Shown piece after piece: positions 27,140-35,893 of a stretch of DNA of 64,000 nucleotides. Below the pieces are notes generated by a model, which saw only the letters and a list, made by a program, of their open reading frames with translations, did no database searches and was not told the DNA's origin. Origin of the DNA: Dehalococcoidia bacterium (lineage in GTDB: Bacteria; Chloroflexota; Dehalococcoidia; GIF9; AB-539-J10); NCBI GenBank assembly GCA_030611085.1, contig JAUWQI010000002.1:37961-101960 (forward strand), in the 5' to 3' direction. A program made the translations under genes and the position numbers. Position 1 is the first letter of the stretch; each line of letters opens with the position of its first letter.

Positions 27140-27160
27140 CTTAACCTCCTATTTCCTAAT

Positions 27161-27300
27161 GTCATTGCGAGCCCTTCGCTCCCTGTCATTCTGAGTGTAG
27201 CGAAGAATCTCATAATGCTCAGGACAGGCTCCGCGAAGCAATCCCACAAAAGGGAAAATCAAACAAGAGATTGCTTCGGCACTTTGTGCCTCGCAATGAC
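27161..27300. repeat. R1 repeat (composite, four units) between atpH and atpA
   Basis: gtcattgcgagcccttcgctccctgtcattctgagtgtagcgaagaatctc..ccgcgaagcaatccc..gagattgcttcggc..cctcgcaatgac. Confidence 0.85.
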
Positions 27301-27318
27301 AAAAAGTATCAATGCTCA

Positions 27319-27858
27319 TTACCTCCTAACTCCAACTAATCTCTTTCTCAAAGATTCTAGCCTATTGCGTATGCTGCCATCGATAAGGGTATCACCAATC
27401 TTAGCTCTAAATCCTCCGATTACCGAGGGGTCAACCTGGGCGTCAATAACAACCTTGCGTCCAATCATTTCCCCAAGCCTGCGGGAGATTCTCTCTTTAT
27501 CCGCATTATCCAGAGGCAAGGCAGTAACCACTTCAGCACGCGCAATGCCATGGTGGGCGTCTAACAATAAGTCATACTGCCGTGATACATCCCCGGCGAT
27601 TCTCAACCTGCCCCGGCTCATCAGAAGGCAGGCTAGATTCAGAGCCAAAGGATTTACTTCTCCCAATCGTTCCTCTAAAAGGCTCCTCTTAGTATCAAAG
27701 GGAAGTTTAGGATTCTCCAGTAATGTCATAAGCTTTGCATCTGACACAGCGCCAGCAATCTTCCCCAAGCTAATTTGCCAGCTCTCGAGCTCGTTTTTCT
27801 CCAATGCCAGCTCGAAAGCCGCTTGAGCATATCTTTTACCTGAGCTTATTCTCGCCAT
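27319..27858 (-). CDS. atpH: F1 ATP synthase delta (OSCP) subunit
   Basis: 179 aa; RYAQAAFELA.., IGGFRAKIGDTLIDGSIRNRLESL. Confidence 0.85.
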   Translation of the reverse strand: MARISSGKRYAQAAFELALEKNELESWQISLGKIAGAVSDAKLMTLLENPKLPFDTKRSLLEERLGEVNPLALNLACLLMSRGRLRIAGDVSRQYDLLLDAHHGIARAEVVTALPLDNADKERISRRLGEMIGRKVVIDAQVDPSVIGGFRAKIGDTLIDGSIRNRLESLRKRLVGVRR

Positions 27859-27903
27859 CTTAACCTAGTTATCAGCTAACTGCTGAGTGCTGTGAGCTAT
27901 ACT
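27859..27903. repeat. R5 repeat
   Basis: agttatcagctaactgctgagtgctgtgagc resembles 35805-35830 tagtcatcagctagctgctgacc. Confidence 0.5.
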
Positions 27904-28401
27904 TTAATTTTTCTTAAAGGTGGCACTTTCCTCTAGTGCTTCCTCAATGAGCCGCCGATGTCTTTCTTTATCCAGAGTTTCATTAATCACTTTCTCGGCA
28001 GCCAAAATAGAGGTATCCACAAATTCCTTGCGTAAATCGTCAATTGCTTTATCACGCTCTCGCTCCACTTCAACGCGAGTTCGCTCAACAATAACTTGAG
28101 CCTCCTGCCTTGCTTCCTGCCTCGCCTCCTCCTTAAGCCTGTCTCCAATTTGAGCAGCTTGACTAATTACAGCCTGCCCTTCCTCGCGTGCCTTGCTAAT
28201 CTGCTCCTGTACTGCTACTTTAGCACCCTCATATTCCTGCTTCGTAGCCTCAGCTTGCTCCATACCTTGCTTTATCCTATTGGCCCGCTCATCGAGCATC
28301 TTCCGAATTGGCTTGTAACCAAAGAAAGTGAGCAAACCAAGCAGAATAAGAAAGCTAACAAGCTGACCAACAAAAAGCGGTAAATCTAATCCTAGTCCCA
28401 T
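27904..28401 (-). CDS. atpF: Fo ATP synthase b subunit
   Basis: 165 aa; N-terminal TM helix then a long charged coiled coil (PIRKMLDERANRIKQGMEQAE..). Confidence 0.85.
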   Translation of the reverse strand: MGLGLDLPLFVGQLVSFLILLGLLTFFGYKPIRKMLDERANRIKQGMEQAEATKQEYEGAKVAVQEQISKAREEGQAVISQAAQIGDRLKEEARQEARQEAQVIVERTRVEVERERDKAIDDLRKEFVDTSILAAEKVINETLDKERHRRLIEEALEESATFKKN

Positions 28402-28433
28402 AATCCTATTACCTCCTCCTTTCTAGAGGCAAA

Positions 28434-28679
<246 letters not shown>

Positions 28680-28686
28680 TTAATTT

Positions 28687-29625
28687 TTAAGTTGTTTCCT
28701 CCTCTGCCTCAGGCATCACTGCCACTATGAGAAAACACAAAGTCAACCCACCAAATATCATTGCCTGCACAAAGCCAAGGAATGCCTCCAGTCCATAAAA
28801 TATGGAGGGAACAATCCATGGAATGATGTAAATCATTACCAGAGTCAATATCATTCCCGCTGTCATATTACCAAAAAGACGGAAGGTAAAGCTGATCATA
28901 CGAATTAGCTCGCTTATTCCTTCTAATAAACCAGTAAAAATTGCTATTAGCCCCATAGCTATGCCGCTAAATCCAGGCTTAATCTTGCCGGTAAACAACT
29001 GTTTGAAGCCTTGACCTAACGGCACAAAGTTAAAGAACTTTCTCAAATATGGAGTGCCCTTTGTCTTAAATCCCCAATACTCAACAAAAAAGAAAGATAC
29101 CACAGCAAGCATTAAAGGAACATTAATATCGGTATTGGCGTTGCGCAAAAGAGGCATGCCATTCATCTTAATGGTCTCAAAACCGGGTATAAGATTAATC
29201 CAGGCATTAGCTAAAACAAATAAGAAGATGGTAACACACACAGGGAAAAACCTCCGGCCATTTTCCTTGCCTGCAGGGTCCTCAATAAAATCTGCTGCTG
29301 CGTCATAAAAGAATTCTACTAAGTTCTGAAGGCCTTTAGGAACTAACTTCATCTTGCGGGTGGCAGCAAAAAATAGCCCAAATAACACCAATATGCTTAT
29401 CCATGACGTAATCAAGGTGTTGGTGATAGGAAGGCCGGGGAAAGGATGTTCTGCAGGTAACTCAGGATGAGGTGCATGAACAGCAAAAATGCTCAGTGGT
29501 TCATCGCCCCTTATCATTGCCCCCACACTGCCACCGATGAAACTGATTACAGCTGCAGCTAAACCGACGATGCCAACAATAATCCATATATTTAAGGAGC
29601 AGCCTAAAAGCTTCTTCTGAGCCAT
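28687..29625 (-). CDS. atpB: Fo ATP synthase a subunit
   Basis: 312 aa polytopic; ISFTFRLFGNMTAG (essential Arg region). Confidence 0.9.
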   Translation of the reverse strand: MAQKKLLGCSLNIWIIVGIVGLAAAVISFIGGSVGAMIRGDEPLSIFAVHAPHPELPAEHPFPGLPITNTLITSWISILVLFGLFFAATRKMKLVPKGLQNLVEFFYDAAADFIEDPAGKENGRRFFPVCVTIFLFVLANAWINLIPGFETIKMNGMPLLRNANTDINVPLMLAVVSFFFVEYWGFKTKGTPYLRKFFNFVPLGQGFKQLFTGKIKPGFSGIAMGLIAIFTGLLEGISELIRMISFTFRLFGNMTAGMILTLVMIYIIPWIVPSIFYGLEAFLGFVQAMIFGGLTLCFLIVAVMPEAEEETT

Positions 29626-29942
29626 TATTTTGGTTCTTTATCCTTCTTCCGACTCGGAGAAGTCAAATTTGAAAGTATCCTCGCTGGTCCACGAAGTCGC
29701 TCTTCTTTTTCCTCCCTTTTAGCTTCCTCTAAGAATGGCTTAACCATGTGGTAAACTCCATAAACCATAATCAATGTACCCACGCCAAGGCCGATAAGAG
29801 TAAATAGTGGGAATGCGTGGGATGCTCTTTTGTCAAACCAAAAACCTATACCAGTTGGTATTAAAAGGCTGAAAGCCACATAAAAGCCAACAATAAGCAA
29901 TTGCATAGCTGCGGGCCATTTTTTCACTAAAGCTCCTGTCAT
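29625..29942 (-). CDS. AtpZ/AtpI-like small membrane protein preceding atpB
   Basis: 105 aa, two TM helices, position upstream of atpB with a 1-nt overlap. Confidence 0.55.
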   Translation of the reverse strand: MTGALVKKWPAAMQLLIVGFYVAFSLLIPTGIGFWFDKRASHAFPLFTLIGLGVGTLIMVYGVYHMVKPFLEEAKREEKEERLRGPARILSNLTSPSRKKDKEPK

Positions 29943-29948
29943 AACTTG

Positions 29949-30470
29949 CTAAGATTTGCGTTTCTTAAAATCTTCCAGGTCAAGCGTATTTACGAAATCT
30001 TTATACGCTGACAAGCCCTTCAGTTCCTGCTCATCAACTTTGCCTTCAGAAACAGGTTTGCCTCCCTCCTCCTCAAGTATAATGCCTGCTTTGTCTAACA
30101 CTGATTCTTCAGCATATATTGGTACTCCTGCTCTCACTGCTAAAGCTAAAGCATCGCTGGGGCGGGAATCAACCTCCACCTCCGCACCATCAACACTAAG
30201 AGAAAGCTTGGCATAAAAGGTATCGTTTTGAAGCTCATTTACTACAATATAGCTAACTGAAGCTCCCAAAGTAGTAATCACAGATTGCAACAAATCATGA
30301 GTTAAGGGGCGAGACAGTTCGACATTTTGTAACTTTACTGCAATAGCATCTGCCTCAGCCGGACCAATCCAAATGGGCAAATAACGATCGGCCTCCTTTT
30401 CCTTCAGGATTACCACCCTCTGATAATTCATCAAGCTTACTCGAATACTATCAATTGTCATCTCTATCAT
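29949..30470 (-). CDS. Bifunctional nuclease (DUF151/BFN) domain protein
   Basis: 173 aa; RYLPIWIGPAEADAIAVKL, RPLTHDLL, DSRPSDALALAVRAGVPIY. Confidence 0.7.
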   Translation of the reverse strand: MIEMTIDSIRVSLMNYQRVVILKEKEADRYLPIWIGPAEADAIAVKLQNVELSRPLTHDLLQSVITTLGASVSYIVVNELQNDTFYAKLSLSVDGAEVEVDSRPSDALALAVRAGVPIYAEESVLDKAGIILEEEGGKPVSEGKVDEQELKGLSAYKDFVNTLDLEDFKKRKS

Positions 30471-30612
30471 GGCACTACCTCCCTCTACACCAAGCAGCTA
30501 TTTTACATCTATAATCCTGGCCAGTCAATAAGTTTAAGTTAACCATTTTAGCGAAATTCAAATTTCTTTTCAACTGCTGCTCATAAATTAAGATTGTTTA
30601 GCAACCCTATTT

Positions 30613-30672
30613 GTCATTCTGAGCCCTATGGGCGAAGAATCTCTTTAGACTCTTCGCTCCGCTCAGAGTGAC
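30613..30672. repeat. R1 repeat (inverted pair)
   Basis: gtcattctgagccctatgggcgaagaatctctttagactcttcgctccgctcagagtgac. Confidence 0.85.
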
Positions 30673-30761
30673 ACTTATTCAACTAGTTAATAGACACTCT
30701 CGCTCATAAATTGCGTGGATTTCTGAGGTGGACACTTCTAAGTAGATGGGAAGAATTATTC

Positions 30762-30838
30762 TGGCGCGCCTAGAGGGATTCGAACCCACGACCCCCGGTT
30801 CCGAAGACCGGTGCTCTTGTCCGCTGAGCTACAGGCGC
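30762..30838 (-). tRNA. tRNA-Arg (anticodon TCG), CCA encoded
   Basis: Manual cloverleaf: acceptor gcgcctg/taggcgc, anticodon arm ccggt-cTTCGga-accgg, GGTTCGAATCC T-loop (one U-U in the T-stem). Confidence 0.85.
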
Positions 30839-30844
30839 AAAAAG

Positions 30845-30918
30845 GGTGAACGGTGGGATTTGAACCCACGATCTCCAGGGCCACAACCTGGCGCCTTAAC
30901 CACTGGGCTACGCTCACC
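30845..30918 (-). tRNA. tRNA-His (anticodon GTG) with encoded G-1, no CCA
   Basis: Acceptor gtgagcg/cgttcac with extra 5' G opposite C73; anticodon arm ccagg-ttGTGgc-cctgg; T-arm gtggg-ttcaaat-cccac. Confidence 0.85.
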
Positions 30919-30930
30919 ACAAACATAAAC

Positions 30931-30959
30931 ATTATACTGGGAATTGCTGCCACTTTCAA
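30931..30959 (-). promoter_or_regulatory. Promoter TTGAAA-N17-TATAAT for the tRNA-His/tRNA-Arg pair
   Basis: Perfect -10, near-perfect -35, 17-nt spacer; the -10 ends 12 nt before the tRNA-His 5' end. Confidence 0.55.
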
Positions 30960-31159
30960 TGCCAAGCTCAAAATAATTGAATTAGAAGGTTTTTATAGCA
31001 TATACTAATGTCTATTTTTAAGGATGGTTAGCATTATGGTAAAAGGTTTTGGATAGCCGGAACTAACATGGCTCAAGTCGTTAAAGCTGGCCAGGTAAAG
31101 GAGGAACTATGCATGAGACCCACAATGCTTGGCAAGGGAAGTTGAAAAAAGGCAAGGTA

Positions 31160-31789
31160 ATGCTGGCTATTATGTTGGTAGTAGCCATGAGCCTCACCTC
31201 TTGTGGTTCTGCATATAAAAATGTAACTGCTACTGAGGCGCAGCAGCTTATTCATGAAAACAGCGACCTAATCGTATTAGATGTAAGGACCCAGGCGGAG
31301 TATGATTCCGGTTATATTCCTAGTGCTCTATTGGTTCCTGTGGACGAGCTAGCTGATAGGCTTGGAGAGCTCGATGAAACAAAGCCCATCTTGGTTTATA
31401 GTCAAAGCGGGATTCGTAGCGCCCAAGCCAGCCAAATGTTGGTAGATAATGAGTTCTCCCGAGTACATAATTTGGAAGGTGGCATAATCGCCTGGCAAAA
31501 AGCGGGAGCAGCAGTCAATCATCTGCCGATTATAAAGAGCTTGACTGCCAAACCAAGCAAGGTCAAGCCCACTCATGAGTGCACTATTGAGTGTGTTGCC
31601 CAAGACTCTGATGGGAATGAGTTAAGCTATGCATGGTCAGCCAGTGAAGGCAATATTCCTGGTGAGGACGCTGCTATTACTTGGACCGCTCCTGATAAGG
31701 AGAGTAATTATGACATCACCGTTGTGGTCACAGATGGTAGAGGCGGGGAAGCTACCAAAACCGTGCAAGTTAAGGTAGGGCATGGCTGA
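31160..31789 (+). CDS. Rhodanese-domain lipoprotein with C-terminal Ig/PKD-like domain; active-site Cys replaced by Ser
   Basis: Lipobox LTSCGS; LVLDVRTQAEYDSGYIPSAL, ILVYSQSGIRS (normally CxxGxRS), then SASEGNI..ITWTAP..YDITVVVTDGRGGEATKTVQVKV. Confidence 0.7.
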   Translation: MLAIMLVVAMSLTSCGSAYKNVTATEAQQLIHENSDLIVLDVRTQAEYDSGYIPSALLVPVDELADRLGELDETKPILVYSQSGIRSAQASQMLVDNEFSRVHNLEGGIIAWQKAGAAVNHLPIIKSLTAKPSKVKPTHECTIECVAQDSDGNELSYAWSASEGNIPGEDAAITWTAPDKESNYDITVVVTDGRGGEATKTVQVKVGHG

Positions 31790-31901
31790 GGTTACAAATA
31801 GAACACTCTGTATGAGTGGAGGAGTAATCTGATTTTAGCTGAGGACTTAGTGTTTCATGAGAAAGGAATGTTAGGGTATAATTCCGTAAAAGGAGGGCAA
31901 C

Positions 31902-32348
31902 GTGGCAAAAGTATTAGTCGTTTACCATTCTCATACAGGAAATACTGAGGAGATGGCTAAGGCAGTGAGGCAGGGAGCGAAATCAGTGGCTGGAGTTGAG
32001 ACTAGCTTAAAGAAGGCAACGGAAGCCAATGCTGATGACCTTCTTGGTTGTGACGCCGTGGGCTTTGGCTCGCCTACTTGCTTTGGCTATATGGCTGGAG
32101 GACTGAAGGACTTCTTTGACCGAATTTATGGAAATGCTCGCGGCAAGGTCAATGAGAAGCCTTATACTGCCTTCAGCAGTGCAGGAAGGGGAGGCAAGGA
32201 AGCCATAGAGAGCATTGATAAAATATGTGCTACCTTCAAGCTGAAGCAGCTAGCTGAGGGTGTGGTGGCTACCGGCAAACCAACTCCTGAGGTCTTAGCC
32301 CAATGTCAGGAACTAGGTAAGAAGCTAGCTACGGCCGAGTCTTCATAA
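31902..32348 (+). CDS. Flavodoxin-like (WrbA-type) FMN protein
   Basis: 148 aa, GTG start after AAAGGAGGG; VLVVYHSHTGNTEEMAKAV, GFGSPTCFGYMAG. Confidence 0.75.
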   Translation: MAKVLVVYHSHTGNTEEMAKAVRQGAKSVAGVETSLKKATEANADDLLGCDAVGFGSPTCFGYMAGGLKDFFDRIYGNARGKVNEKPYTAFSSAGRGGKEAIESIDKICATFKLKQLAEGVVATGKPTPEVLAQCQELGKKLATAESS

Positions 32349-32362
32349 GGCATGGTTGAACC

Positions 32363-33091
32363 TTAACCAAGAGGCACAATTTTTACCTTGCCCCAGACTC
32401 CGATTTTGTCATTTTTGATAATGACTATGCCGTATAGCCCTTCTGTGTTTTGAGCCTTCTCAATTGCCTTGGGAATATCCTCTACATCCTTGACTGTATT
32501 ACCTATAGCGGTGGCTGCAGCATCGGCTAAAGATGTGGAGGGGGAAAGAACGATAACGGCGTCGGCAGAGCCCAAGCTTAAGGAGTCCCCTATGGTTGCT
32601 GAAGAGGTGCATATGCCTAAAGGCGTTTCTTCAGGCTTAATTTCCAGGGCAATTTTCCCTGTGAAGGGCGATTTTTCTCCAGCATAGACGCCCACCAACC
32701 TTTCTTCGGCTATTTTCAGGAATATATCGCCGCCGTTTTCCACGATTACCTCCGGTGAGAAAGAGAGTAAATCTTTACCTACAGCTTCAGCAATGGCGCC
32801 AGCTACTGCTGACATGGGACCAATGCTGGTTACCCACGATACCTTAGCCATATCCTTAACAATGGCTGGGGCTTCTGCTTCAGTCTGGTAAGGCTCTAGT
32901 GTAGTTAGAAAGAGGGGGTGATGCGCAATGTATTTCTCCAAAGAGGAACGGTGTTTTAGCACAGATTTGAGGGCTTTGTCTTTGAGATTGCGGCTAGCTC
33001 GGATATATAAGTCTGTTTGCTTTACTACTATGTTAAAGGAAACTAAATCGCCATCCTTAATCCAGTGGCGGTAAACTCTTGGCTCATACAT
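32363..33091 (-). CDS. UPF0280 / COG2122 (ApbE-like) protein
   Basis: 242 aa; GPMSAVAGAIAEAVGKDLL..VIVENGGDIFL. The gene lies next to the COG1900 and NIL-ferredoxin genes. Confidence 0.6.
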   Translation of the reverse strand: MYEPRVYRHWIKDGDLVSFNIVVKQTDLYIRASRNLKDKALKSVLKHRSSLEKYIAHHPLFLTTLEPYQTEAEAPAIVKDMAKVSWVTSIGPMSAVAGAIAEAVGKDLLSFSPEVIVENGGDIFLKIAEERLVGVYAGEKSPFTGKIALEIKPEETPLGICTSSATIGDSLSLGSADAVIVLSPSTSLADAAATAIGNTVKDVEDIPKAIEKAQNTEGLYGIVIIKNDKIGVWGKVKIVPLG

Positions 33092-33092
33092 A

Positions 33093-33117
33093 GATTCTTC
33101 GCTTCGCTCAGAATGAC
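33093..33117. repeat. R1 single unit abutting the COG2122 gene start codon
   Basis: gattcttcgcttcgctcagaatgac. Confidence 0.75.
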
Positions 33118-33140
33118 AAAATGAAAGGCAGCCCTTATAT

Positions 33141-33551
33141 TTAGAAATACAATTTCATGGCCCGGGGAGGGCAAGCCTTTACACATAGCCCGCAGACAAC
33201 GCATTTGTTGTGGTCGAAAAGTACCCTTCTTGTTTTGGGCTCTAAGGAGAAAGCGCCAGTGGGACAAATGTTAATACAAGCTCCGCAGTGAGTGCACCGG
33301 GCTTCATCACGAATCACATCCTGTGATAAAGATTGAATTTTAACCCCAGTCTCGGTGAGATATCGGATGCCTTTATCATAATTTTCCTGCTCGCCAGATA
33401 GCTCCATGACCAGTAATCCTTCCTCTCCTGGTGATACCGAAGCTTTCAGGATATTGAAGCTGAGGTCAAAGTCCTTGACCAGGCGGTAAACAACTGGCTG
33501 CCCCGTCATATTAGGCGGGAAATGGAGCACTATTCTTCTGGAAATATCCAT
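33141..33551 (-). CDS. NIL domain + 2x[4Fe-4S] ferredoxin protein
   Basis: 136 aa; N-terminal NIL-like PVVYRLVKDFDLSFNILKA, then CTHCGACINICP and CVVCGLCVKACP. Confidence 0.75.
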   Translation of the reverse strand: MDISRRIVLHFPPNMTGQPVVYRLVKDFDLSFNILKASVSPGEEGLLVMELSGEQENYDKGIRYLTETGVKIQSLSQDVIRDEARCTHCGACINICPTGAFSLEPKTRRVLFDHNKCVVCGLCVKACPPRAMKLYF

Positions 33552-33595
33552 TCTGCTATTCCTTTATCAAATTCTTCAGCAACCACGCTTATAAG

Positions 33596-33670
33596 CTCTG
33601 AGCCCTCGCTTCCTGTCATTCTGAGCGCAGCGAAGAATCTAGAGACCCTTCGCTAGGGCTCAGGGTGACA
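33596..33670. repeat. R1 repeat (inverted pair)
   Basis: ctgtcattctgagcgcagcgaagaatctagagacccttcgctagggctcagggtgac; 39 nt identical to the 34918 copy. Confidence 0.9.
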
Positions 33671-33677
33671 GCTAAAC

Positions 33678-34886
33678 TTACTCCTTTATCGGCCTTTCCT
33701 TAAGTGGCTTGAAGGTTATCCCCGATTCTATTCCTGGTAAGGGAGCCACCGGCTCAGTGAGCAAAAACTCGCCTCTTTCTATCCAGCCTTTCAAAATATT
33801 GGCAATTTCTGCTGCTTTGGGGTAGCTGGACAGGGAAGCCGTAGGCACATCTTTCCCCTGAAGCTTTATATGACCGCTTTTGAGTTCAGCGTAGCTAACC
33901 TCTCCTAAAACATCCGGCTTCCTTTGGGGATAGTCCTCGGAATAATCCACAATGGGGGCGAAGATATCAGCATCGCTCACTATGGTATACTGCAAAATCT
34001 CTTCATTTAGTATAGGGATGGGGATGCCTATACCCACAGCTAGCGTGCAGCCATAACCAAGCATGCTTATTCCCACCAGCCACCCCGGCTTCATCTGTTT
34101 CAGGTCACCGATGAGCGAAAGGGTTCCTGCTGTTTCCCTGGGCACGCCATCTTTTGTTCGCGAAACATCGGGATTATGCTGTGTGCCATGCCAGGCAACA
34201 TAGCCAATTTCACCACCAAGAAATACCCTGGTCCCTATGCCTATAGTTTTGTAATAAGGGTCGTTGAGTAGAGGTGAAAGTTGCCCCGAGGTACAATAGT
34301 TGGCATTGCCTAGTTTTGGCTTTAACACTCCCATGTAGGTATAAATCATCTTATCTGATAAATTCACGCCAACATCATAGTTTTGATAGGCGTTTCTAAC
34401 ATTAAATAAGATAGCGTTATTGATGTCTTTGAGATTTACCCAGGTTTCTAGCTTTTTCCTGGGATAGCAATCTGTGCCATAAGCAGCAGCTACTAGCTTG
34501 AGGTCTTTTCCTGCTACCAGTTCCTCAATGACGTGTCCGCCACCATAGTTGAATTCGCCGGGATAGAATCTATTTCTAGGGTCATCCTCAGGAAGGGCAG
34601 TTGCCCCGAGGAAGACATCCACAGCAGCCAGCCCAGTATAGACCGGGATATCGTTGAGGTAAACCTTGCCCCCCCCAAGCTTTATTCTTGGTTTGGAGTG
34701 TCCAAAATTAAGAAACACACCTGAGGAGCACATCGGGCTGAAGGTGCCAGTAGTAACCACATCGATTTCCTCTGCTGCCTTGTGTACGCCCTTTTCCCTG
34801 GCGATGCCAATTACTTCCTCAGCAGTGACTACTACCGCCTTTCCTTTCTTAATTTTCTCGTTTATTTCAGCGATTGTTTTTGACAT
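33678..34886 (-). CDS. COG1900 (DUF39) homocysteine biosynthesis protein
   Basis: 402 aa; KTIAEINEKIKKGKAVVVTAEEV, IDVVTTGTFSPMCSSGVFLNFGH. Confidence 0.75.
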   Translation of the reverse strand: MSKTIAEINEKIKKGKAVVVTAEEVIGIAREKGVHKAAEEIDVVTTGTFSPMCSSGVFLNFGHSKPRIKLGGGKVYLNDIPVYTGLAAVDVFLGATALPEDDPRNRFYPGEFNYGGGHVIEELVAGKDLKLVAAAYGTDCYPRKKLETWVNLKDINNAILFNVRNAYQNYDVGVNLSDKMIYTYMGVLKPKLGNANYCTSGQLSPLLNDPYYKTIGIGTRVFLGGEIGYVAWHGTQHNPDVSRTKDGVPRETAGTLSLIGDLKQMKPGWLVGISMLGYGCTLAVGIGIPIPILNEEILQYTIVSDADIFAPIVDYSEDYPQRKPDVLGEVSYAELKSGHIKLQGKDVPTASLSSYPKAAEIANILKGWIERGEFLLTEPVAPLPGIESGITFKPLKERPIKE

Positions 34887-34917
34887 AGTATTCTAACTGC
34901 CAACTATCAACTGTCAT
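34887..34917. repeat. R5-like repeat
   Basis: ctaactgccaactatcaactgtcatc; weak member. Confidence 0.35.
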
Positions 34918-34975
34918 CTGTCATTCTGAGCGCAGCGAAGAATCTAGAGACCCTTCACTATCATTCAGGGTGACA
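34918..34975. repeat. R1 repeat (inverted pair)
   Basis: ctgtcattctgagcgcagcgaagaatctagagacccttcactatcattcagggtgac. Confidence 0.9.
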
Positions 34976-35000
34976 ATTAAGCTTCTTTGACATAATAATT

Positions 35001-35792
35001 CTAACTTTGTTTCAGCAATGCTATAGCCAGTTGAGCTGCCTTCTTGCCAGATAAGAGCATGCCACCGAATATCGGTCCCATCCTCGGAGAACCGAAAGCG
35101 GCGCTGGCTGCCATACCAGCGACTATCAATCCAGGATAGACCTCCTTGGTATTTTCGGAAACCTTCTTTTCACCCATTTCAGCCCACATCGAGCTTTCCC
35201 CGACTATCTTCCCAGTCGGCGTTCTTAGTTTTCCTCCTACTTTCTCACTGACCAGGCGACAAATCTCGCAATCATGTCCTGTAGCATCTACCACTAGCTT
35301 TGCTCTTATGGCTAAAGGGTCAATATGTAAGTTTGCCATAGAGACAGGGCTCCAGTTTAGCACCAAGCCACTAACTCTATCATTTTCCCTGATGACTATA
35401 TCCTCGACACTGAGCAAGTTAAATATCCTGGCTCCCGCTTTTACAGTTTGAGAGCAAAGTGTTGATGCTAACTCTATGGCATTGGTGACATAGTAGCCTT
35501 TTTGGTATTGGGTGGTGGCAATGCCAAATTCATCCAGCATTCTTTTACCCTCAGCTTGAACTACAACTTTATTAAACATCATGCCACCCCCCCATATTCC
35601 CCCACCAATGCTCAGTTTTCTTTCAAAGATGGCAGTTTTCACCTTTTCCTTCGCCAGGTAGTAGGCGGCGGTCAGTCCCGCTGGCCCAGCGCCTACTATA
35701 GCTACATCGACCTCAGTGGCATCAAGCAAGTCCTTTATGTAGCTCTCAGTTATGGCTTTAGAAATAATGACTTCGTCCATTGTTTCCCTCAT
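35001..35792 (-). CDS. thi4: Thi4-type thiazole synthase
   Basis: 263 aa; VDVAIVGAGPAGLTAAYYLA, ERKLSIGGGIWGGGMMF, VVDATGHD. Confidence 0.85.
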   Translation of the reverse strand: MRETMDEVIISKAITESYIKDLLDATEVDVAIVGAGPAGLTAAYYLAKEKVKTAIFERKLSIGGGIWGGGMMFNKVVVQAEGKRMLDEFGIATTQYQKGYYVTNAIELASTLCSQTVKAGARIFNLLSVEDIVIRENDRVSGLVLNWSPVSMANLHIDPLAIRAKLVVDATGHDCEICRLVSEKVGGKLRTPTGKIVGESSMWAEMGEKKVSENTKEVYPGLIVAGMAASAAFGSPRMGPIFGGMLLSGKKAAQLAIALLKQS

Positions 35793-35893
35793 TTCTTAGT
35801 TATTAGTCATCAGCTAGCTGCTGACCACTTAGGTAGTATACTCCTTTCAGAGACTAACTTTCTAGTCATGAGGATTCCTAGTCATTGTCAGTT
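35793..35893. repeat. R5 repeat cluster between mtnA and thi4
   Basis: Reiterated tagtca/gactag words: ttagtcatcagctagctgctgacc .. ctagtcatgaggattcctagtcattgtcag. Confidence 0.5.

Noticed and set aside
27014-27826. 270-aa plus-strand ORF
   Set aside because: It runs antisense through the 5' end of atpA, the R1 composite and nearly all of atpH. The translation is low-complexity (Ser/Leu/Pro), so it is an artefact of a stop-poor antisense frame.
35793-35893. TPP riboswitch upstream of thi4
   Set aside because: I could not find the conserved THI-box elements (CUGAGA .. ACCUGAUCUGGAUAAUGCCAGCG-like). The region consists of R5 repeat words instead.
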